DNA of 60,041 nucleotides from contig NW_003314421.1 of NCBI RefSeq assembly GCF_000143415.4, positions 6,365 to 66,405 of the forward strand, given 5' to 3'. How positions within the stretch are numbered: position 1 is the stretch's first letter; the number at the start of each line of letters is the position of its first letter. Shown piece by piece: positions 9,228 to 20,301 of this stretch. Below the pieces are notes generated by a model. The model was given only the letters and a program-made list of their open reading frames with translations, was not told where the DNA came from and made no database searches. A program made the position numbers and the translations under genes. This stretch comes from Selaginella moellendorffii (Eukaryota > Plantae > Lycopodiophyta).

Positions 9228-12200
9228 CCACCCCCAGATGCTGAAACGGCGTTAACAGCTACTGATGTTAGGCCGAGCTCACAACCTGCACAAGGTAAGG
9301 TCACGTGAGGCCTCACGCCATTTTGATTATAGATCGTTGTGAATATTCAGACACGAGGACTGAAAAGCGCACTGGTGGCGCGTCGAAGAAGGACAAACAG
9401 ACAAGCAATAGAAAAAAAGGAGGTACAAATTATATTTGCAATGGCGTGTGGTCTCATGCCATTCCTTGCAGGAGACACTTCTTCAAAGGCAAAACAGGCA
9501 AGCACCAGCCAAGCTTAAACTGACAGTGGTCATAAAAAGCGAAAGCACGTTGGACAGTCGTCGGGATCAGAGGCGTTTGATTCGAAAAGGAAGAAGGGCA
9601 ACGAAAAGATGATAGGTAATGCCTCGCGGTTATGGCGTGTGTGCTCATGCCATTCATTGCAGATCAAGGGCTGAGTGAAAGGAGCCAGTCACCACCTTCT
9701 GACTCAGATTCCTATGGCGGACTCCCCTTCCCCAATCTCAATGGAGAGGTACAATGGATGAGGGATGCTTTTCAAGTCAGGGCCACGTTTTTCTCATCTC
9801 GTCGTCTTCGAAGGGTGCAAGAACGTGCAGAAACCATGTTAAGACAGTCGCGTGAGGATACGGTCCTAGGTCAAGCACTAAAACAGGCTATGGATGTCTT
9901 GTATTTTGAGATGGAGACTCGGCCAGATGATTTTCCCAAGATGGTCCTAGAAAAACAAGCCATCCAGCCTGAGCAGCCTATGGAAGAAATGCAGGAGGGG
10001 GATGAGGAGCCAGAGAAAGATAATGAGCAGGAAGAGCAGAAGGACGAAGAGGAGGACAAAGAAGAGGAGGACGAAGAAGAGGAGGATGAAGAGGACTTGG
10101 ATGGTCCTCACAATGGTGACGATCACAATAACGACGATGACGATGATGACGACGATGGCCAGCCTGAGGTGGCCAAAGAGCAGCGGAGGAAGGTCATACA
10201 AGACAAACCATCAGGTAAATAATAGTACATCCATTCCTAACCTTTTACCATTTCTAACATTGTCCATGTAGGTCGCAGAAGAAATGGTAAGTAGAGATTA
10301 TTCAGTTCACTCCCTCTTCACATCTAGCCTTTAGTGTCGAGGAAGGATAGTGCCAAGCAAGGGTCGAAACGTATGTCCAATCCTTCAGAATCAGCAGTGC
10401 GCCCAATAGCACTTGATGGTAAGTACAGTATAGTCGATTCAATGTGCTAATGAGTTTGTTTTTAGTAGCCAGTAGGGAGGATACCATCTCAATCGAAGGG
10501 AGATATTTGGACATGCATATGGATCCGCCAATGGACTCTACTTGCCTGCAAGAGTCATCAGAGCTGGTGGAGGCTACTATCCATATCAACGCCAAGCAAG
10601 CTGACCACGCTCCACTTGATGCTGCCCATACCACTGAGTCAATCTTGTCCACGTATCCAACTGACGGTGACCAGGCGCCATTGGACCCGCATGAGGCCGC
10701 CCCAGCCGCCGAGCCGGTCGTATCCTCATTTCCAACGGACTCAACGTGTGCCCAATCGTCTGACTACGCACCGTTGGAACCACCCTACACCGCCCCTGCT
10801 GCCTGTTCGGTCATGTCCACTTTGCCAACGGAGGCACTAGCTGAAATGGCGTGTGATCACACGCCATCGGAACCACCCCATGCCACTGTTGAGCCAGTTG
10901 TACTAGAGTCTACAGCTGAAATGGCATGTGCCCACACGCCATCGGATGCGATTGACCCCACATTGCAGAGGAGAGTATTTCCGCCCTTCACGTTTCCTCG
11001 ACCAAAACCCTCTGAACGACCATCGGGAGCACCATTCGCTAATATTGTAGATGGTAAAATTGACTTGTACCATTTTTTATGCTGACGCATTTCATTTCAG
11101 AGTCACGGCGAAAGTACTGTATCGTTTTTGATCTGAACGGTGTCCTTTTCTCCCATGAGCGTGGCTCGTCCTCGAATGTCACTGCACCCTCCAAAGCCTG
11201 CGGTCGCAAGTTGGTCAAAAGAGACAGATTCACATTAATCACACGGGAGAAACTGCGGGATCTAATAATGACCATGCGACACTTAAAACAGAGGGCCGGG
11301 TTCAATTTGCAATTGGGAGTTTGGACATCCATGATGCGCCACAATGCATTAACGTTGCTACAGATGATGCACGATCAGACGCGAGTAATATTACCATTTG
11401 ACTTTCTCCTAACGCAGAAGGATTGTTTGACTATGGTCCATGTGAGGGGTAGCAAGCCCATCTTCGTCAAGCCAGAGGCTGTAGTGATGAACCGGACTGC
11501 TAGGTCAAGTGAAATCCTCATCATCGATGACTCGCCGATTAAAACTGCAGCGAACACGCACACATATGCAATGCACCCCATCTCTTGCAGTATGGAAACT
11601 AGGGAGAAGAAACCGTATGTTCTGGGGGACCTTGCAAAGCGGCTTGAAGCGATGGTGATAGAGAACCGGCCAGTCCAGGAGGTGGCTGTAGAAATCAACC
11701 AAATGGCAGATGGAACGGTATATCAGAAGCCATTTGATCGGACAGACACCAGTCATCATTTATGGCATGTATATTGTCTAGCCAAGCACTATCCGCATCT
11801 CCATAATCTGCTCAACCGGATGGGTTCTTCGACCACTGAACGTGAGCGTGGACGTATTAGAGAAGAGATGGCATTTCTATTGGGTTTAAATCCTGATAGT
11901 GTGGAGAGTGATGAAATTCCAAGATTATTGTATAGGCGTTGGAGGCAAAAAATAACAGTCTGAGATGGCATGTATTTATTTAAAAATGTAACTTATTATG
12001 GCATGGGGTTCCATGCCATTGTATTAATATTAAAAGACAATTCTTTGAGAGGATTTGCATTATACTAGAAGTGTTACAGCATGTTATTGGAAGTCTACGA
12101 AGTTGTTTTATTAATAAGGGGAAAGTAAAGATTGAATGGGGACTTGGGCTCCACCTAGACTCGGAGCAACTGAGCCAATATTAAAAGGATGGAAAGAAAT

Positions 12201-12844
12201 TGGACGACGATGACAAGGAGAAGAGAGAGGTGAAGCAGTGGCAGGGGGAGGAGAAGTGATTGAGTAGACATTTCCTTGTTTAAAATAAAATGGCATGTGC
12301 CTCAATGCAGTTGAATTTTATTATATTTATATACTATATAAAGGTTTGGAAACCTTATTTTACAAGTGGGATAATGACAATTCCCACTTTAACGAAATAA
12401 GCTTTAGCCTACGACACCTCGGCGAGTTGGTTCCTTACAACTCCACCACCCATAGAAGAAGTTCGATGCCCACATCGAACGTCTCTTTTTTATCCTACGA
12501 CTTGTTGACCATGTCTCCGGGGGCATCCCCCCACTTAGCGGTGTGCCTAAGTTAGCCTCCCCGGCCAAGAGCTCATGACAACGGAATATAGGTGTCCCTA
12601 TACTCCTCACCTCACCACGCCCTAGTATGGGGTCGGGACTTGAACCCAACCTTGCTTTACTAGGGGGTTGGGACTTGAACCCAACCTCCGTAGAATACGT
12701 CTACGGATTCGACATCCCCGCAGGGAGTCGGGCGTAGCTCCCTACGCTTGGTCGACCCAGCTAACCCATGCTAATTAGCTTACCTTCGGCGCGCCTTCGG
12801 GTCCCAACATATGCCATTGCTCAACTTCTCAAATTGATATATTT

Positions 12845-15800
12845 TTAATTCAACTTTGCATAAGTACATAGAGTTCTGCCATGCAGAAATTCCTCCACAA
12901 GATCTCGCGCATTCGCTAGGTTCTCCTCCGGTTCCCATGTTGCTTCGCAGTGTGGAAATCCTTTCCACTTCACATGGAACTCTCTCACCTCGCGTCCTTG
13001 TCGCTTGCTCTTGCGCGCATTGAGGATGGCCTCGACTTCGTATTCCTCCTCCCCTTGGATAACCTCAGGTAAAGGTCTTACTTGGTCCTTGCGAAGCGGA
13101 TCCTCAAAATACGGCTTGAGTAAGTTCACGTGGAACACGGGATGCATCTTCCCCATCTCTTGAGGGCGTCGGAGACGGTAAGCCACTTTACCGATTCGAG
13201 CCTCAATCTCGTAAAGCCCCGCGAACCTGCTCAAGGAACTCAAGATCAATTCATTTATAGGAATACATGCATTTTTACCTTTGGGTCAACTTCCGGCTGA
13301 TCCCACTTGGTAGCTTGAGGTTCTTGGTGTTCAGCCACACCTTCTCCCCAGCTTGGAACTCCACATCCCAACGCTTTTGGTTCGCGTACTTAGTTTGCCT
13401 TTGTTGAGCCCGTTCCAAGGAATCCCTCACTAGATTCCAAATGTTGAGTCTTTCCGCCGTGAATGCCTCCACTGCGGGTAACTCTCCATGATACTTGGCC
13501 ACACCAAGTTCCACAGGACCTTCAATAGCTCGCCCATTGATGACTTCCCATGGACTCACCCCGATGCTCGAATGTGGTGAGTTGTTATAACACATTTCCA
13601 CAAGTCCCAAATGACTTACCCAGTCGGTCTGGTCTCCCGAGACATAGCATCGCAAATAATCTTCCAGCTGCCTATTCACCCTTTCCGTTTGTCCGTCTGT
13701 CAAGAAGTGTTAATGCCATCAATCTTGACTTAATACCCATTACCTGTCTGTGGGTGATAGGCTGTGCTAAATTTCAACTTGGTGCGATACTATTCTAGGA
13801 GTGTCCTCCAGAACCTATTGGTGAAGATCTTATCTCGATCTGAGATAATCTCTTCCGGCCTTCCCCGCACTCAAACCACTTGTTCGAAGAACAGCTTTGC
13901 CACACCTTCCGCATCCACGTCCGTTGTGGTGGGTATGAAATGTGCCATCTTTGAAAATCGGTCCACCACCACGAATATCGCATCGAACCCCTCGCTTGGG
14001 GGTAGTCCCGTGATGAAGTCCATTGTGAGACATTTCCACGGACGATCTGGAATGGGGATGCTTTGCAACAAGCCCCCACTAGCCTTAGTCACGGCTTTGA
14101 CCTGCTGACATGTTGGACATGTCTTTACATAGTCTTGGACGTCCTTAGCCATATCTGGCCAGTGATACTTCCTTTTGAGTAAGCCCATCGTCTTGGGCAC
14201 TCCGCCGTGTCCCGCGAGAGGTCCGTCATGACACTCTTCCAAGGCTACTTTCCTTAGTTCCCCTTCTGGAACATACACCCTCGTTTGCTTGTAATATATG
14301 AGTCCGTTGCGTTCCGCATAGCCCGTTTTCTCTTCCGTTGGCAGCTCACCTCTCTGGTGAGCTTCCCGCGCCTCCAGATTCCTCAACAACACTTCTTGTG
14401 CTAGACCATCGTTCTCATATGCTGTCCGCACATCGTCCCAGAAGGTTGCTGTTGCGCTGGAGATCGCCAACCTCAAGCTCGCTTTTCGACTTAGCGCATC
14501 TGCCACGATGTTGCTCTTCCCAGGCTTGTACAGAATCTCGCAATCAAACTCGGCCAAGGCATTGGCCCACCGACCTTGTTTCCCTCTCAGGTCGGGTTGT
14601 GACAAGAAGTGTTTCGTTGCCACATTATCCGTGTAAACCTTGAAGTGTCTCCCAAGGTAGTGTCGCCACTCCTTGAGCGCCTTGACCACCGCAAACAATT
14701 CCTTCTCATGGGCAGGCCACTTCCGTTGAGCCTTGTCCAGCTTCTTCGAGAAGAACGCTACTGGATGGTTGTCTTGCTTCAAAACTGCGCCCAACGCAAA
14801 GTCTGAAGCATCTGTTTCTACCTCAAAGTCCTTACCAAAGTCTGGTAAGGCTAACACGGGAGCCTTCCTCAACTTCCCTTTGAGGTGGACGAATGCCGCC
14901 TCGCATTCCGCTGTCCATACCATCTTCCCTTTTCCCGTTTGGTCCGTTAAGGGCAGGGCTACTCTCGAATAGTGTCTGATAAACTTTTGATAGTAGTTGC
15001 ATAGCCCCAAGAATGCCCTCAACTCATGTACATTCGATGGTCGCTCCCATTCCTAGATCGCTTGGACCTTCTCCGGGTCCACCTTGAGCCCGTCCTAGCC
15101 CACCACATGCCCGAGAAACTTTACCTCTTGTTGAGCAAAGTCACATTTGCTCTCTTTAGCATACAGTTTGTGTTCCCTTAGTTTCTCAAACACCTTCGCC
15201 AAGTGTTCGGCATGCTCCTCTAGCGTCTCGCTATAGATCAGGATGTCGTCAATATAGACGACCACGAAGTGATCCAGATAGGGTACAAAGATGTGGTTCA
15301 TCAACGCCGAAAACGTTGCCGGCGCATTGCACAACCCAAAGGGCATCACCAAAAACTCAAAGCTCCCATATCTCGTTCGACAGATTGTCTTCTCGACATC
15401 TTCCTCAGCTACCCTGATCTGGTAGTATCCTGACCTTAGGTCAATCCTCGAGAAGTATTTTGCCTTTCCCAACCTATTGAACAGGTCCTCAATCCTTGGC
15501 AAAGGGTTCTTGTTCTTCTTGGTATACTTGTTGAGCAACCGGTAGTCTATGCACATGCGCATAGATCCATCTTTCTTTTTCACGAATAGCACCGGCGCCC
15601 CATACGGCGACTTGCTCAACCTAACATACCCTTTGTCCACCAACTCCTCTAGTTGGCTCTTGAGCTCCTTGAGTTCTTTTTCGTTCAATCGATAGGGTGG
15701 ACGAACCACCGCCTCAGCACCCTCGACCAGCTCGATCTTATGTTCTATCGGTCGTGCGGGGGGCAACCCCGCCGGTAGCTCCTCCGGCATGGTATCCTGG

Positions 15801-15887
15801 AATTGGTCCAACACCCGCTGGACCACTAAAGGTACTTCTTTTATTCCTGTCTTTTTGTCACTCTTCACCGAGAGTAAGCACAAAAAG
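12845..15887 (-). pseudogene. pol: Pol (RT-RH-IN-chromodomain) of gypsy B with several stops; introns at 13227-13278 and 13697-13743
   Basis: Same motifs as gypsy A and the same two introns at the same positions. Confidence 0.92.
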
Positions 15888-16805
15888 TGTAGCGCACCTG
15901 AATTTGGAGCCGAACTCCAAGCCCGTTGCGCTACGAAACGAGGGTCTAGTACAATCCCACGAGCACCAGCTCCCCGTATCCAGCACCTGCACGCAAAATG
16001 GTGTCAGACGGAGTCTGGCACAATTTTGGCATACCGGTGGCCTAACGCGAGGAGGAGGGTACTCCACCGACTAGAGCAGCGTGGAGCTTGGGCTTAGACC
16101 CAAGCCGGACGCAGAACAAGGAGCGACACAGCCCAGCGGGAGCCAGACTAATGTCTCAGGTGGTCGGACATGCATTCCAACCACTATCCCTACTATACAT
16201 TTGGAACCCCCCACAGCCCCCCCCCCCCTTGAGGGACACACGCTTTGGGCTTTCACCCCAAGCCTCCCTTAGTACCAGGAGTTAGTCTCTAGGACAAGTC
16301 CAAAACTTACCAAATATGGAATGGCGCTAGATTGTGAATTTGGACACGGGACGAACACCATTGTGTTCAGGCCGACCTCTACACTCCGTAGATATGCCAA
16401 ATGAGCAAATCTAGACACTTTCCATAAATAGCATTTGGGACCAAAATGAGACTAACACAAAGGGCGTGATAGCGAGAGTGTTTGGCGGACACGGTAAGCT
16501 ATCATCCAGCGATATTGAGGGACTAGTCTCAATATGCGAGGGTTCTTGCCAAGCCAGTGCAAGACAGAGCAAAAGAGAACTAAGAGCCAGGCCGAGAATG
16601 CTCAGCTAGAAACACATAGGAGTTCCTACCTTATGTCCATCTGGCTAAGTACAGATGCTAAGCCTAGTAAGCTAACACTTGGACAAGAGGGGCCAATAAA
16701 GGGAACCAGCAGTACCGACCTCCTGCCGTCATGGCAGTAAGGAGAGAGTGTCCGTAAGGACTAGCCGACAAGTATCCTTCGATACCCGAAGTCACATTCG
16801 CGACA
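15888..16805 (-). repeat. 3' LTR of gypsy C
   Basis: Direct repeat of 36296-37211. Confidence 0.95.
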
Positions 16806-17413
16806 CTCTCCCCCCCTTAGGGAAGATCGACGTCCTCGTCGATGTATACCCGAGTCTAGCAAACCGTCAAGGAAACAACTCCAAAAGTTAACGGAAAGCA
16901 CACTATGTGGGAAACACATCGACTTAAATGAGTTATGGAACGACCTCTCCTCTACGTCCAAAGACGTTAAGACTCAGACACCCTCCGGCCGTCACCGACA
17001 AGGAAATGACTAGCAAAGTTAGCCACCCTTGCTGCTCCGAGTACCACTCGGCTTACAAAGGAATGATACATCCCTGCCCGCAGGGACATAGGGAGAGGGC
17101 CAGAGGCCCAACTTCCCCTGAGCAAGAAATCAACCCTGTCGGGAAGATTTAGATAACTACTATAAACTGGCAGATTAAGTTGTTTACACGACCACGCCCC
17201 TTTTCGAAAATGAGTCATCGAGAGAGAGGCGGGGACTTCTGATCAGTCTATAATAGTTATCCCCATGGTTATGGATTGGACCCATGCACCGAAGTGCCGA
17301 AGTCAGCCTGCCAAAACTGACCCAAGTATGAATGAACGAGAGAAACAACATTTTGATTTATAGAAATATATTACTTTATTGATTTGCAAGATTTATTACA
17401 AGATTGACAAAAA

Positions 17414-19859
17414 CTAGTTTTTATTACGATTCTCATACTCCGTGACAAGCTCATGAGCATGTGTAAGATTCCTAAGAGGTTCCCAAGTTGATTCACAAGT
17501 CGGGTAACCTTTCCACTTAACTAAATATTCCTTCGCATGAGCCCGTCACCGAAATCGAGAATCTAAGATAGATTCAGCTTCATACTCTGGTTCACCATCC
17601 ACGATTACTGGCGGAGGACGCAAATCCGTAGAGCGTTCCATAGCAGCATGATATGGTGCCAGTAAACTGACATGAAACACATCATGTAGCTGAGATAACT
17701 CATCCGGAAGATCCAACTTATAGGATACATCACCAATGGGTTTTAACACCCAATAGGGTCCAATATATCTCGGCAAGAGCTTCCGAGATAGAGAACCCTT
17801 AATATTCAAGTTCCGGGAAGATAGCCACACCTGATCTCCCACTTGATAGGATACATTCCGACGATGCTAATCCTTATCACGTCGATACCTATCCTGAGCT
17901 TTGCCCATCGCCTCGGTAGCTTTAGACCAACCTTGACTTAGCTGCTCCGCATAAGTCTCAACGGCCGGGACCAACACCTCGGACATTGGTTTCGATACAA
18001 CAATCTGTTGGGGAACCCCACGAGCATTCCCTTGCAGCATCTCCCATGGAGAACAGCCTATAGCGCTGTGAAATGTGTTGTTATAACATATTTCTGCTGT
18101 ATCCAAATGCTCAACCCAGTCGCGTTGGTCCGCCGCGACATAGTACCGCAGATAATCCTCAACCTGAGCATTCACACGTTTGTTCTGCCCATCAGTCTGA
18201 GGATGATAAGCCGTACTAAACTTTAACTTGGTACCAAACAACTGGAACAGTCTGCCCCAAAACTTCCCCGTAAACCTCGAATCCCTATCCGAGATCATCT
18301 CTTCGGGAAGACCACGAACTCGCACTACTTCATGGAAAAAGAGCTTTGCTGCTTGTTTCGCGTTCACTGTTCCCACAGTTGGAATGAAGTGTGCAATCTT
18401 CGACAACCGATCCACAACCACCATCAAAGTATCATAACCCTTAGACTTCGGCAAGCAAGTGACGAAATCAAGTGTCACACTTTGAAATGGCCATGCCGGT
18501 GCTGGAATGCACTGCAACTTTCCAGCCTACTTCTCAGCTTTGCGCTTACATTGCTGGCATATAGGGCAGGAACGGACATAGTCCGCTACATCACCTTCCA
18601 TACCAGACCAGAAAAATCCCTTTTTCAACGAAGCTAGCGTTTTTCGCTGTCCACCATGTCCCGCTGCTGGAACATCATGATGTTCCCGCAAAAATAACTG
18701 CTGCAGATCCTTAGAGGGAAGATACAATCTTTCTTGCTTATAGAATATAAGCCCATCCCGAACTGAGAAGTGAAGTTTCGCATTAGTGCGACTAGCAACT
18801 TTTGCTGCTTCGCTACCAGGGCTCTGCTTCAACAACCCCGCACGACATAAGATTGCCTTCGCCAATGGATCACGTCCATATGAAGCCCGAACGTCCTCCA
18901 ACCAGTCCGAACTGATTGCCGATATTGCCCGGAATTGAGCTTGACGACTCAATGCATCCGGAACAACATTGTCTTTACCAGGTTTATATATGATTTCTAT
19001 ATCATATCTAGCAAGCTTCTCTTGCCAACGAGCCTGCTTCGGCGTAAGCTTAGGCTGCGTAGCAAAGTAGCTTAGTGTGTTACTATCTGTATAAACCTTA
19101 GTGTGTCCACCCAAGTAGTGTCTCCAGTGTTCCAGGGCCGACACTATAGCAAACATCTCTTTCTCATGCATTGGCCATCTTCGTTGTGTTTCATCCAATT
19201 TCTTGGAATAGAACGCAACGGGACAACCATGTCGCCTTAGCGTAACACCAACCGCTTTGTCACAATCTTGCTGCAACACGGCACCAATAGCATATCCAGA
19301 CGCATCACAATGCACTTCGAAGGGTTTATCAAGATCTGAGATCCTGAGAACAGGAACCGTAGTCAAGATCTCCTTCAACCGTACAAAAGCACGCTGACAA
19401 GCTGGTGTCCAATGAAATGGAATACTACTCTTCGTCAACTCAGTCAACGGAAGAGCAATTCTTGCAAAATTGCGGACAAACTTGCGATAATATCCCGCCA
19501 AACCGAGAAAGGAACGAACATCTGATACAGTGGTCGGGATTTCCCAAGACTTCACCGCTTCCACTTTCTTTGGATCGACTTCAATCACGCCACCACCAAC
19601 TATATGTCCGAGAAAGTTTACGCGCAATTGACCAAAAGCACATTTACTTTCCTTAGCATACAGTTTGTGTTCACGCAACTTCTGAAACACCAGCTCCAAG
19701 TGTTTCAAATGATCCTCCAACGTTTCGCTGAAGACTAGAACATCGTCGATGTATAGGACAACAAATGCGTCCAAATAATCTCCGAATATTCTATCCATCA
19801 TAGTGCTGAACGTTGCCGGAGCATTGCAAAACCCGAACGGCATGATAAGGAACTCATAA
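17414..19859 (-). pseudogene. pol: Pol 3' part (RT-RH-IN-chromodomain) of gypsy C, with in-frame stops
   Basis: LYIDDVL, CDASGYAIG, uninterrupted YHPQTDGQ, RYIGPY, EYEAESIL..KWKGY..TWEP. Confidence 0.92.
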
Positions 19860-20301
19860 AAGCTCTATTTCGTTAAAGTGGGAATTGTCATTATCCCACT
19901 TGTAAAATAAGGTTTCCAAACCTTTATATAGTATATAAATATAACAAAATTCAACTACATTGAGGCACATGCCATTTTATTTTAAACAAGGAAATGTCTA
20001 CTCAATCACTTCTCCTCCCCCTGCCACTGCTTCACCTCTCTCTTCTCCTTGTCATCGTCGTCCAATTTCTTTCCATCCTTTTAATATTGGCTCAGTTGCT
20101 CCGAGTCTAGGTGGAGCCCAAGTCCCCATTCAATCTTTACTTTCCCCTTATTAATAAAACAACTTCGTAGACTTCCAATAACATGCTGTAACACTTCTAG
20201 TATAATGCAAATCCTCTCAAAGAATTGTCTTTTAATATTAATACAATGGCATGGAACCCCATGCCATAATAAGTTACATTTTTAAATAAATACATGCCAT
20301 C

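Larger units (their letters stand above)
431..11963 (+). pseudogene. Transposon cargo gene copy 1: 11-exon ParB-like / MTase-like / acidic / FCP1-like HAD phosphatase protein (~1627 aa reconstructed), disrupted by gypsy A and a TAA in exon 6
   Basis: GT-AG introns at 434-672, 1852-1905, 3215-3264, 9295-9350, 9423-9471, 9616-9662, 10215-10271, 10287-10334, 10419-10465 and 11054-11100 join the ORF-track pieces in frame. Exons 4-10 are all multiples of 3. Motifs: RLVSDEWVEKL...FYAVSGQHS (ParB-like), VVEYNCGG..RAALLKG (MTase motif I-like), IVFDLNGVL / VWTS / IIDDSPIK (FCP1/NIF HAD). Confidence 0.8.
11..12404 (-). mobile_element. Sola-like DNA transposon copy 1 (partial, inverted relative to copies 2/3; transposase end lies outside the window; contains gypsy A)
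   Basis: Near-identical reverse complement of 19860-~26370. Ends in TIR TCCCACTTTAACGAAATA-AGCTT (12382-12404, one G missing) abutting the tail of a gypsy LTR. Confidence 0.9.
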
